This document shows positions 30,244 through 40,435 of a stretch of 64,000 bases of DNA, piece by piece. This DNA is from a virus: positions 1-64,000 of the IMG/VR virus record IMGVR_UViG_3300035698_016988. One strand, 5' to 3'. The translations under genes were made by a program, and so were the position numbers. The notes below the pieces were generated by a model. That model was not told the DNA's origin, did no database searches, and saw only the letters and a list, made by a program, of their open reading frames with translations. Position 1 is the first letter of the stretch; every line of letters begins with the position of its first letter.

Positions 30244-30960
30244 GTTAGAACATAGTGACTCAGATATGGTGGTATACCACCGACGGAAGGGATGCCTAGG
30301 TATCAGGAACGTCGTAAAACCCGCGTCACACGGGACCGCAATGAAAACTTCCAGGAAGAGGCACCATCCGAACTGGGACAGACGGCGGAATATTTACATG
30401 CACTCAATGAATCGGCGAGGTATGTGATAAGGATTAAGATTTTAATCTGAAATAGGTCGCGGATGCTGATGGCATCTTTGAAAATGAAGAACCATATCCA
30501 AAAATTAGAAGGCACAAATTAGGCACAACACTACCATAGGCAAAAAAATCAGGTGAAATGAATACCGCAAGGCACAAATCAGGGCGACGACCCGTAGGCA
30601 CAAGGATTTGGATCATGCTCTGTCTCGAGACACTGACAACATGAACTCCGTTAGAAACTTTGAAGGTATGAAGTAATAACGGACGCCGGTTTTGGCTTAG
30701 CCACAAAACCTAGAGCGATAGGCGGGATTCGGAAACCCCTCGTTTGTATAAACTCTACATACCCTGACCATACGATGTACCATACGGAAATCGTCCTTTT
30801 GCCCTATTTCCAGTTACTTGGAGGCGGGGGCAAAAGGACTGGACTCACCCAACGGAATGTGTCTTGTTCAAGCCTCATCCAATAGACTAATATGACTTGA
30901 AATGGTTTTAATGATGTTTCTAGAAAAAGTTACCAATGAAAACTGTTAGGTTTTCATTAG
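30244..30960 (+). ncRNA. putative large structured non-coding RNA of unknown family
   Basis: No + strand ORF of 60 aa or more; own promoter; many hairpins including a 12-bp stem 30793-30804/30828-30839; AGGCACAA repeats. Ends are approximate. Confidence 0.62.
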
Positions 30961-31013
30961 ATCTTTAGATCTTAGATAATTGTTATATTGTTTCACACTT
31001 GGAATCTTTGCGA

Positions 31014-31223
31014 CTATCGTGAGGCTTTCTTCATTGCTCTATGATATTCTTCGTAGGCATCAACCATTGATTGTCTATCTTCTCTGGTAGAGAGCCACAA
31101 TTCTGTCCAACCAATTCGGCCTTCCATATACATCATTATCTGGCTAATCTCTGACCGGATAGCTTTTGCCTCATCTTCGATTTCAGTGAGGAAACCGGAA
31201 ATTCCCTCATCGTCTAGGAGCAA
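31014..31223 (-). CDS. C-terminal extension of the hub/tail-assembly chaperone, probably made by -1 frameshift
   Basis: TTG start without SD; the frame is open back to the slippery heptamer at 31235-31241. Confidence 0.7.
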   Translation of the reverse strand: MLLDDEGISGFLTEIEDEAKAIRSEISQIMMYMEGRIGWTELWLSTREDRQSMVDAYEEYHRAMKKASR

Positions 31224-31228
31224 AAGCT

Positions 31229-32071
31229 TTAGTCGAAAAAATTTGAGGGATCAAATGTTAAATTTTCTTCGACATATTCATGTTGACAATGAGTACAAAC
31301 ACAATTCTGTGAATTCGGAACGCCGGCTTCATTAAGGCTTTTGATTTTAAATCGGATATTGTCTACTTCTTTTGTATCAAGTTCTTTGACCATAGGTTCA
31401 ATATGTTTTCTTTCTTTAACGAAAATTCCGTCAGGGGTTTGAACTCCCATTACTGAATCACAAACCAACTCGAAGTTCATCTTAACCATTTTGTCAAAAC
31501 TATTTGCAAAAGTTCTAATCTTTTCTTCGTCGGCCATTTCTTCTCGGTCGACTAATTGCATAATTTTTGTTTGTTCGAACTGAGCTAGGTTTGACTTTGT
31601 GCTGGTCTTAAAATCGTGCGGTTTCATTACCAAAGTCAAACCGTTTGATAATTCGATAGAGTTTTCGTCATCTAAGAAAGTCATTGTATCGATAGCCATT
31701 CGAATTGATCGGTCAAATTCGTTTATTTCATTACATTCAGGGCAAGTTGATTTAAAATCAATTGTATCTCCGTAAGACGCAAATCTAATTGCTAGCATCA
31801 AAGCGGTTACATCAGGAACAACCAACATTGAAGGATCTCCTTTAATTCCCGGAACACATGATTTGATAACGTCCAACATTCCTTGACCGTTTAGCAAGGC
31901 GTCTGGGCTTTTTAATGAAAGGTCATCAGATGCGGTCATAGCCTTAATATCGAGTTCATCGTTATTATTCAATTCCAAAAAGTTCGGAGGATAGAATAAT
32001 CCTCTTGAAGGTAAAGGAATTGAAATTTTAGTCTGGCGACCATAACCGGCGAGTGGATTTGCTGTCTGTGA
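31229..32071 (-). CDS. baseplate hub assembly / tail chaperone (T4 gp26/gp51-like)
   Basis: NPL...LPSRG.FY, MTASDD..LKSPDALLNG, CPEC and CTHC zinc motifs, NFF terminus; start placed at MSQTANPL. Confidence 0.8.
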   Translation of the reverse strand, partial: SQTANPLAGYGRQTKISIPLPSRGLFYPPNFLELNNNDELDIKAMTASDDLSLKSPDALLNGQGMLDVIKSCVPGIKGDPSMLVVPDVTALMLAIRFASYGDTIDFKSTCPECNEINEFDRSIRMAIDTMTFLDDENSIELSNGLTLVMKPHDFKTSTKSNLAQFEQTKIMQLVDREEMADEEKIRTFANSFDKMVKMNFELVCDSVMGVQTPDGIFVKERKHIEPMVKELDTKEVDNIRFKIKSLNEAGVPNSQNCVCTHCQHEYVEENLTFDPSNFFD

Positions 32072-32127
32072 CATCGGGTTCTCCAAATTGGTAAATAAAA
32101 CTACTAGACTTATTTATTCGAGGAATC

Positions 32128-34365
32128 ATGGCTTCTGCAGACGATATTTTAGATGGCTTAGAAATGTATGCTAGCCGTGCGGGCGATTGGTCAACGGAAG
32201 AAACTGCGAAAGATATGCTTGCAGTTATCACCGAGATTGCTAAAAAAGCCGGCGTTTCACAGAAAACCTTAGAAAATACTGCCAAGAAGTTCGAAAAACC
32301 TTCGGCGAATATAAATGAATTCTCCAAACAAAATAAGACTTATCAATCAAAGATTTCGGTTACTGTTCAAGAACTTAATAATTCGTTAGGATTGGGAAAA
32401 ACTAAGTTCGGTTCTATGCTAGGAAATGTAGACAACCTCGGTAATTCAATCAGATCCGGAACTGGATTATTCTCGAAATTGAATCCGGTTATGTTAGGTC
32501 TTACTGGAGTTTTTGTTGCAGTTACCGCAGCAGTTAGTACCTTGGTTGAATATATAATGGACTCCGTGAACGTGTATATGCGTTTGCGTGATGTTGGTAT
32601 TACTTTTGCTGGCGGTCTGGTTGAAATGCGATACGCAGCAGCTAACGCGTCAATGGGATTTGAAGAGTTTAGCAAAACACTAGCAGAAAACTCAAAAGTA
32701 ATTACAGCATTCGGTGGTGATGGCGCTAGACAGTTTAGTATTTTGTCTAAAGCAGCAAGAGACACAGCAACAATGCAAAGAGGGTTGGCATTTACAACCG
32801 AACAAGTGAATGAGTATTTGTTAGATTATTTGGAAGTACAACGCCAGACAGGTCTATTGGATCGACTGTCAGCCGGCGAGACAGCTAGACGCACTTCCGA
32901 TTACTTAGAGTCGTTAGATATGTTCTCACAAGCGTTAGGTAAATCTAGAAGCGAACTTGCTGAGTCTAGTAAAAGTATGACTGAGGGTATTCGGATTCAA
33001 GCAGGTCTTAGAGCTATGCCTAAAGAGATCAGAGATACCGTTATGGATAACTTGAAAAGAGCTGGTCCTGCTTTTGATGCTATTGGTCCTGAATTCGGTG
33101 AAATGGTAAAAGAAATGATAGCAACAGGCGGTCGGCCGGTATCAGAAGCTGCGAAGATGTTTATAGCAGCTTCACCTGAACTCGGTTCACAAGTCATGGC
33201 TCTTGCTGACAGAATGGGTAAAACTAGACTTTCTAACGAAGATTTCCGAGAAGAAATGATAAAACTCAAAAAGAATGTAGGCCCCGTGGCTGACGATATG
33301 TCCCAACTCGTTGCTCAACTCGGTGAGTCCCAACCAGCCTTTGCTAGTTTTATGGGTTCACTATTGAATATAGAACGAATGAAAATAGGAGGGAAAGGGG
33401 AAGTTGATCCGTTGGTTAGATTGATGTTGAAACTTGGTGAAACCATGAAATCTATTACCGGTGCATTTGACTCTATGAAGGCAAGTATCTTCGAAAATCT
33501 AGAAGGACCTCTAGAGCAATTTGCAACATGGATGAATACAAAAGTTCTACCTGGCTTGAAAACATTTTTTGATGAAATTATAGGAATTTTTCAAGGCGAA
33601 GGTGATTTTGGCGACAAACTAGTCAATGCCTTTTCTCATGTTTTTGATAGATTAGCAGAAACTCTCGGTCCTATTCTTTCGGATATGATAACTTTTATGG
33701 TTGATTCTGTTTTAAGAAGTTTGCATATTGAAACCGATGCGATGGAACAACGAAAGAAGTTCAGAGAGAAAGAAAAGGAAATTCAGTCCGGAAAAAGTAT
33801 GTCAGCGGAAGAATTTAAAGCAATGGCAAGAGACTTGATGATTGATGTTAGAGACGGTGATGTTTCCAAAGCTGATGCAAATAAAATGATGCAGAAAGTC
33901 CGTGATGCTCAATCAGAATTATTGAAAAGACAAGGCGACGGTTTTAACCCAGTCGGTAATATGAATGCATATAATGAAAATATTTATGCAAACCCTAACA
34001 CACAGCAAAGTTCTATGCGCCCAGTCGGTAATATGAATGCATATAATGAAAATATTTATGCAAACCCTAACACACAGCAAAGTTCTATGCGCATCGGTCG
34101 CCGCGTCACCCGAACCGGCCCAAGCTTTGCCCACGCCGGTATCAATAATGCAATCCCGAAACAACAGAATACTCAAATGCCTAAGGTAACTCCAACAAAA
34201 CCTGACATTAAAGAAGAAGAGAATGGTTTCGGGTCGACTTTGATCAATAAAATTTCAGAACTAATTGATGTGAGTAATGCAAACTTAACTCAGAATGCGG
34301 CCTTGGCTAGGAAACAAAAAAGAGCTACCGATAAAGCCGGTGAAAAAGTAGAAGGATCGTTCTAG
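32128..34365 (+). CDS. tape measure protein (putative)
   Basis: Long helical A/G/M-rich protein with a hydrophobic segment; divergent from the chaperone gene and upstream of the portal. Confidence 0.7.
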   Translation: MASADDILDGLEMYASRAGDWSTEETAKDMLAVITEIAKKAGVSQKTLENTAKKFEKPSANINEFSKQNKTYQSKISVTVQELNNSLGLGKTKFGSMLGNVDNLGNSIRSGTGLFSKLNPVMLGLTGVFVAVTAAVSTLVEYIMDSVNVYMRLRDVGITFAGGLVEMRYAAANASMGFEEFSKTLAENSKVITAFGGDGARQFSILSKAARDTATMQRGLAFTTEQVNEYLLDYLEVQRQTGLLDRLSAGETARRTSDYLESLDMFSQALGKSRSELAESSKSMTEGIRIQAGLRAMPKEIRDTVMDNLKRAGPAFDAIGPEFGEMVKEMIATGGRPVSEAAKMFIAASPELGSQVMALADRMGKTRLSNEDFREEMIKLKKNVGPVADDMSQLVAQLGESQPAFASFMGSLLNIERMKIGGKGEVDPLVRLMLKLGETMKSITGAFDSMKASIFENLEGPLEQFATWMNTKVLPGLKTFFDEIIGIFQGEGDFGDKLVNAFSHVFDRLAETLGPILSDMITFMVDSVLRSLHIETDAMEQRKKFREKEKEIQSGKSMSAEEFKAMARDLMIDVRDGDVSKADANKMMQKVRDAQSELLKRQGDGFNPVGNMNAYNENIYANPNTQQSSMRPVGNMNAYNENIYANPNTQQSSMRIGRRVTRTGPSFAHAGINNAIPKQQNTQMPKVTPTKPDIKEEENGFGSTLINKISELIDVSNANLTQNAALARKQKRATDKAGEKVEGSF
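33949..34092 (+). repeat. perfect 72-bp tandem duplication, in frame
   Basis: PVGNMNAYNENIYANPNTQQSSMR encoded twice by identical DNA. Confidence 0.95.
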
Positions 34366-34418
34366 AAGTAATCGGTACTGACTAAATAAGATTATAATAA
34401 ACCCATAAGGAGAAAACC

Positions 34419-36167
34419 ATGGCATCATGGAAACGTCACTATCGTTTAGCTTCAAAAGAAGCTAGAATGAATTTATACCGAAATAAGGATGATGCAGGGT
34501 ATGAACCAACCGGTTCTTCTAAAAATTACCAGTCTTTCCTTCCAGAGGTATATGCAGGTTTTCCAAACAGAATAGACCGTTTCCGTCAATATGATATGAT
34601 GGAAAATGATCCAGAGATTAACGCGGCTATGGATATCTTAACAGATTTCTGTACTCAGAATAATGACGACGACGGCGGCAACCCTTTCCGTATTGAGTTT
34701 GGTAACGATACTCCGGATACGGTTATTGAAACTATTCAATCAATTCTCAAGGGCTGGGTGAAACTTAATAACTTGGACAGAAGAATTTTTGATATTGTTC
34801 GTTCAACTTTGAAGTTTGGTGACTATTTCTTTGTTAGAGACCCGGAAACATTCGAACTATACCCAGCGAACCCGTATAATATCGAAAAGGTTGTGGTTGA
34901 TGAATCCCGAGGAAAAGAAATTGAGCAATACTTCATTAAAAACTTGGAGTTAAACCTTCAAGGGCAAGTAGCAACTGCTGCAGTTGCTACAACCAATAAC
35001 TATGCAATTTCCGGAACAGCAGCTACTACCAACCTAACCGGTAGTCAAGGAACGACAGGTGGCGGCACTAACTCACAAATGGGTGGGTCGGCGTCAAGTA
35101 GATTTGCTAACAATCCACAATCGTTTGCTGTTGGGGCTGAAAACGTCGTCCATGTTTCTATGAACGCAGGCGACGATCCTAACTGGCCATTCGGTACTTC
35201 TGTTCTTGAGGCGATTTACAAAACCTACAAGCAGAAAGAATTGCTAGAAGATGCGATTATCATTTACCGTATTCAACGTGCACCGGAAAGACGAGTATTT
35301 AAAATCGACGTTGGAAACTTACCGCATCACAAAGCTATGGCTTTTGTTGAACGTATGAAAAACGAAATGCACCAGAGAAGAATCCCAACAAGGGACGGAT
35401 CTGGATCTAATAGTTTTTCACTTATGGACACAGCATATAACCCGATGTCGATCCTAGAAGATTTTTATCTTCCAGTTACTGCAGACGGTCGTGGTTCTGA
35501 TATTACCACGTTGCCTGGTGGTGAGTCACTCGGTCAAATTGATGACTTGAGATTCTGGAACAATAAACTAATCAGAGGTTTGAAAATTCCTAGCTCGTAT
35601 CTTCCGTTTGGTCCAGATGACGGAGCGCAGACATTTAATGATGGTAGACTAGGTCAAGTATTTGTTCAGGAAATTAGGTTCGCAAAGTATTGCCAGAGAC
35701 TGCAGAATAACTTTGCTCCAACTTTTGACGCTGAATTTAAAAAGTTCTTAGAATACAAAGGCTACAATATCGACATCACTGATTTTGAAGTTCGTTTCAA
35801 TAAACCGATGAACTTTGCAATCTGGACTAAGATCGAAATGATGAACTCTTCGATTAGTCTTTACACTCAGATGGCTGACCGCCCAGAGATTTCTACTCGT
35901 TTGGCTATGGAAGAATTCTTGCAGTGGGATGATGAAATTATTGCTAGAAACGCTAGAATGTGGAGAGAAGAAAACCCAACAAAACTCAAGGGTGTAGCTT
36001 CACTTGTAGCAGATGATGACATGGCAGACGGAGCACCGGGACTACAATCGGTTGGTGTTGGTTTGCCGGGCGAAGATGAAGACTTCGGAAATGAGGAAGG
36101 TTTAGACAGTCCGTTAGGTGGCGAAGATGAAGACACTGAGGACGATAACGATGAGGAAACGATCTAA
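34419..36167 (+). CDS. portal protein, T4 gp20-like
   Basis: LLEDAIIIYRIQRAPERRVFKIDVGNLP and EDFYLP...GRGSDITTLPGG motifs. Confidence 0.96.
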   Translation: MASWKRHYRLASKEARMNLYRNKDDAGYEPTGSSKNYQSFLPEVYAGFPNRIDRFRQYDMMENDPEINAAMDILTDFCTQNNDDDGGNPFRIEFGNDTPDTVIETIQSILKGWVKLNNLDRRIFDIVRSTLKFGDYFFVRDPETFELYPANPYNIEKVVVDESRGKEIEQYFIKNLELNLQGQVATAAVATTNNYAISGTAATTNLTGSQGTTGGGTNSQMGGSASSRFANNPQSFAVGAENVVHVSMNAGDDPNWPFGTSVLEAIYKTYKQKELLEDAIIIYRIQRAPERRVFKIDVGNLPHHKAMAFVERMKNEMHQRRIPTRDGSGSNSFSLMDTAYNPMSILEDFYLPVTADGRGSDITTLPGGESLGQIDDLRFWNNKLIRGLKIPSSYLPFGPDDGAQTFNDGRLGQVFVQEIRFAKYCQRLQNNFAPTFDAEFKKFLEYKGYNIDITDFEVRFNKPMNFAIWTKIEMMNSSISLYTQMADRPEISTRLAMEEFLQWDDEIIARNARMWREENPTKLKGVASLVADDDMADGAPGLQSVGVGLPGEDEDFGNEEGLDSPLGGEDEDTEDDNDEETI

Positions 36168-36373
36168 TGAAGCATAATGAAATCATGGAAGCTGACATGT
36201 ATGAGCCAGGACAGGATAAGTCTATGCGAAAAATGTCGGATACTCGAAAGCCTAAGATCACTCTAAGAAACCTGAATAGACTCAGAAAGATGCGAGAAGT
36301 GAAAAAAGCTGAACAACAAAAGTCCGCATCAACCCTTGAAATTCAATACGCTAGCTCGGGATCAGACGAATAA
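36167..36373 (+). CDS. small head-associated protein
   Basis: Overlaps the portal stop; DTRKPKITLRNLNRLRKMRE; MKHNEIMEA N-terminus. Confidence 0.7.
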   Translation: MKHNEIMEADMYEPGQDKSMRKMSDTRKPKITLRNLNRLRKMREVKKAEQQKSASTLEIQYASSGSDE

Positions 36374-36505
36374 TTAAACTAAGATTTGAAGAAAATTTTC
36401 AAAAGTAGCACTTTTGGTATTCTTTGGTACGTCTTTTAAGACTTTTCTCCTAAATATATTTGAAAAACTGTGGTTTTATCAATCTTACGTAAGGAGAAAA
36501 ATTAA

Positions 36506-37333
<828 letters not shown>

Positions 37334-37975
37334 ATGAATCAGAAGACGCTACTCCAAGAAGTACTCTCACAGCAACAAGCTAGACTGGTCGTTGAATCAG
37401 ATAAGAATGATGCAGGTGAGAAAAAATTCCATATGGAGGGTATCTTTATCCAAGGTAATCAACCTAACCATAACGGTAGGAATTATCCAGAGGGTGAAAT
37501 ACGGTCAGCGGTAGATGACATCCAAGCTAAGATTGATAGCGGTTTTTCGGTTACTGGTGAGTTGGATCATCCTGATTCACTCACCATTAATCTCGACCGG
37601 ATCAGTCATGTAATTGATAAAATGTGGATGAACGGATCAGACGGCATGGGTCGTTTGACTATAATTCCAACACCGTGTGGCGACATTGCCGCAGCTCTTT
37701 TAAAGAGTGGTGTAAAGCTTGGTGTCAGTTCAAGGGGTTCCGGCAACGTGAACGAAGCAACAGGAAGTGTTTCAGAATTTGAAATCATTACTGTTGATAT
37801 TGTTATGCAGCCTTCTGCTCCAGAGGCTTTCCCGACTCCAATTTACGAAAGTATTTTTGGAACTCGAAAAGGCCTGCAGACCCTAGATGTGTTTCAAGCA
37901 AACCGCGATGGAGATCGTATTGCTGAAAAATACGTTGAGTCACAATTGACTGAATTTATTAAATCACTCAAGTAA
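37334..37975 (+). CDS. prohead protease, T4 gp21-like
   Basis: GIFIQG...NGRNYP, GELDHP, GVSSRGSG, DIVMQPSAPEA. Confidence 0.96.
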   Translation: MNQKTLLQEVLSQQQARLVVESDKNDAGEKKFHMEGIFIQGNQPNHNGRNYPEGEIRSAVDDIQAKIDSGFSVTGELDHPDSLTINLDRISHVIDKMWMNGSDGMGRLTIIPTPCGDIAAALLKSGVKLGVSSRGSGNVNEATGSVSEFEIITVDIVMQPSAPEAFPTPIYESIFGTRKGLQTLDVFQANRDGDRIAEKYVESQLTEFIKSLK

Positions 37976-37992
37976 GGTAGGAGAACCTAATA

Positions 37993-39108
37993 ATGGCAGA
38001 TCTAAAACAAAAACTTGCAGAGGGTGGACTTCCTAAAGAAGTACAAGATACCATTCTCGAGGCATGGAATGAGCAAAAAGCTGAGATCCGTGCTGAAGCA
38101 ACTGCCGAAATTCGTGAGGAAATCGCTGTCAAGTATGAACATGACCGCGAACAGACCGTAACTGCAATGTCCGAAATGATTAATGACGTCATCGCAGAAG
38201 AAGTTCAAAGTCTAAAGGAAGAGCGTTCAGCTCTTGCTAAGGAGCGTGTCCGGAACAAAGAAAAGCTTTCTAAGTTCATGGAATTCGCAATCCGCAAACT
38301 AGGAACAGAAGTAGTCGAACTTCACGAAGATCGCAAAGCTCTTGAAGAAAATATGAAAAAATTCAAAGAGTTTTATCTACGTCAGGCAGACAGAGAACTT
38401 ACAGAGTTTCGTGGAGAAACCAAATCACTTGCTGAAGCACGTGTTAAGGTACTTTCCGAAGGTCGTAAGAAACTCGAAGAAGCTCAAAAGAAATTTGTCA
38501 CTCGTGCAGCAAGAAGTGCAGCTGAGTGGATCAAAGAATCAACCAAGAAAGAGTTCAACGAATTCCGTAAGGAAATCAATGAAGCTCGTCAGAATAGATT
38601 TGGACAAAGAATGTTTGAATCGATGGCTGAAGAATTCAGAACTTATTTCTACAATGAAGATGCACATTTTCAGGAATTGACTAACGCAATTCAAGAGCGT
38701 GAGCAGAAACTCGAGGAAGCTCAGGCTGCTCTCGAAGACAAGGACTCGTTAATCGCAGAATCTAAGAAAGAAGCTAAGATTGCACGAGACCGTTTAATCC
38801 GAGAGGCAAAGATTAGTTCTTCTCTCGGTCATCTACCGCGCGATAAGCGTAGTGTAATGATGGAATTGCTTGAAGACGTTCAGACCGAAAGGCTTGACGA
38901 ATCTATCAAGAGATATTTGCCAATGGTTCTAAAGGAAGGCAAGAAACCAGTTCGCGAGAAAAAGGTTTTGTCTGAGTCAGAACAGAAGGCAGGCAAGAGA
39001 GTCGTTACAGGAGATCGTGCCGAGAAGGTGATCACTGAGTCAAACGATCGCATTGACGAAGTCGATGGAGAAATTGATCGACTAGTTTATTTGGGAACAC
39101 GTTCCTAA
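37993..39108 (+). CDS. prohead scaffold protein, T4 gp22-like
   Basis: Coiled-coil protein with FGQRMFE motif, between protease and major capsid protein. Confidence 0.85.
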   Translation: MADLKQKLAEGGLPKEVQDTILEAWNEQKAEIRAEATAEIREEIAVKYEHDREQTVTAMSEMINDVIAEEVQSLKEERSALAKERVRNKEKLSKFMEFAIRKLGTEVVELHEDRKALEENMKKFKEFYLRQADRELTEFRGETKSLAEARVKVLSEGRKKLEEAQKKFVTRAARSAAEWIKESTKKEFNEFRKEINEARQNRFGQRMFESMAEEFRTYFYNEDAHFQELTNAIQEREQKLEEAQAALEDKDSLIAESKKEAKIARDRLIREAKISSSLGHLPRDKRSVMMELLEDVQTERLDESIKRYLPMVLKEGKKPVREKKVLSESEQKAGKRVVTGDRAEKVITESNDRIDEVDGEIDRLVYLGTRS

Positions 39109-39128
39109 TCTAAAAGGAGAAAAAGAAA

Positions 39129-40307
39129 ATGAGTATGCTACTTGAAAATAGAAAGTGGGGCGTTGTAAAAGACAAGCTTACCGAAGGCCTAACCGGCAAT
39201 CGTAAAGATGTTCTTGGCGTCGTCCTAGAAAACCAGCGTAAGTGGCTTGTTGAGGCAGCGTCCTCAGGTGCAACCACAGCAGGAAACATCGCAGCGTTGA
39301 ACAAGGTTATTTTGCCTGTTATTCGCCGTGTTATGCCGACTGTTATCGCTAACGAAATTATCGGTGTTCAGCCGATGACTGGCCCAGTTGGTCAGATTCA
39401 CACACTTCGTATCCAGTATGCTGATACGGTTCCAGGAGCAGGAACTGGTGCAGTTGCAGGTGACGAAGCTCTTAGCCCGTTCAACATCGAGAATCATTAC
39501 TCCGGTAATGAGAATCCTGCAAACCCTGGTCCAGCACGTACTGCCCAGCTTGAAGGTCGTATGGGTAACAAGATGAACATTCGTGTCTTGAAAGAAACTG
39601 TTGAAGCAGAAAGCCGTAGACTATCAGCTAACTGGACAATCGAATCCATGCAGGACGCACAGTCCCAGCACGGCATCGACATTGAAGCTGAATTGATGGC
39701 TGTTCTAGCACAGGAAATGACCGCAGAAATTGACCAGGAGATCTTGAACAATCTTCGTACCCTAGCTGGTACCGCAACGGTTACTTTCGATCAGTCAGCT
39801 GTTTCCGGTGTTGCAACATCTGTTGTTGATGAGCACGCAGCACTAGCTGTTCTTATCAACCAGCAGGCAAACCGTATCTCACAGCGTACACGTCGCGGTG
39901 CAGGTAACTGGTGTGTTGTTAACCCACTAGTCATAACAGTTTTTCAGTCCGCTGGCGCATCCGCGTTCGCACGTACAACTGAAGGAACTTTCGAAGCACC
40001 AACAAATACCAAGTTCGTTGGTACTTTGAACGGCGAGATGAGAGTTTATGTTGACACATACGCAGGTGACAACGTCGACGTTCTAGTTGGATACAAAGGA
40101 ACCAGCGAGTCGGATGCAGCAGCATTCTATTGCCCTTATATCCCTCTAATGAGCTCCGGTTCCGTTATGGACCCGAACACAGGCGAGATGATCACAACGT
40201 TCCTAACACGCTACGGCTACTTGGAATTGAAAGATCAGGCATCTTCACTTGGTAACGCAGCTGACTACCTCGGTAAGGTTGCAGTTTCCAACTTGCGCTT
40301 CTACTAA
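39129..40307 (+). CDS. major capsid protein, T4 gp23-like
   Basis: IIGVQPMTGPVGQI, RRLSANWT.E..QD and AFYCPYIPL motifs. Confidence 0.97.
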   Translation: MSMLLENRKWGVVKDKLTEGLTGNRKDVLGVVLENQRKWLVEAASSGATTAGNIAALNKVILPVIRRVMPTVIANEIIGVQPMTGPVGQIHTLRIQYADTVPGAGTGAVAGDEALSPFNIENHYSGNENPANPGPARTAQLEGRMGNKMNIRVLKETVEAESRRLSANWTIESMQDAQSQHGIDIEAELMAVLAQEMTAEIDQEILNNLRTLAGTATVTFDQSAVSGVATSVVDEHAALAVLINQQANRISQRTRRGAGNWCVVNPLVITVFQSAGASAFARTTEGTFEAPTNTKFVGTLNGEMRVYVDTYAGDNVDVLVGYKGTSESDAAAFYCPYIPLMSSGSVMDPNTGEMITTFLTRYGYLELKDQASSLGNAADYLGKVAVSNLRFY

Positions 40308-40350
40308 GCCGAAGGCTTAGAAGACGCTCGTAAAGAGCTAAGAAGAATTT

Positions 40351-40374
40351 ATCCCGGGGCTTCGGCCTCGGGAT
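40351..40374 (+). terminator. cUUCGg hairpin after the capsid gene (terminator or stabiliser)
   Basis: ATCCCGGGGC-TTCG-GCCTCGGGAT; weak U-tract. Confidence 0.6.
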
Positions 40375-40435
40375 TCTTCATGATTATTATTGATTTTTAG
40401 ATAAGAATAATAATAAAATAAAATAAAATTGAACA

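Noticed and set aside
30501-30605. AGGCACAA repeats as a mini CRISPR array
   Set aside because: Repeats are only 8-14 nt with irregular 11-32 nt periods, and no cas1/cas2 or intact effector gene is present.
30303-30706. Two minus-strand ORFs (70 and 90 aa) in the non-coding tract
   Set aside because: No SD, no protein-like motifs, and they oppose the clear plus-strand promoter.
30244-30960. tRNA, tmRNA, RNase P RNA or group I/II intron identity for the non-coding tract
   Set aside because: No T-loop/CCA cloverleaf, RNase P P4 motif or intron core was recognised, and it interrupts no gene. An Rfam search is still needed.
33949-34092. 72-bp repeat as a diversity-generating retroelement TR/VR pair
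   Set aside because: The copies are identical and adjacent, with no adenine-specific differences and no reverse transcriptase in the window.
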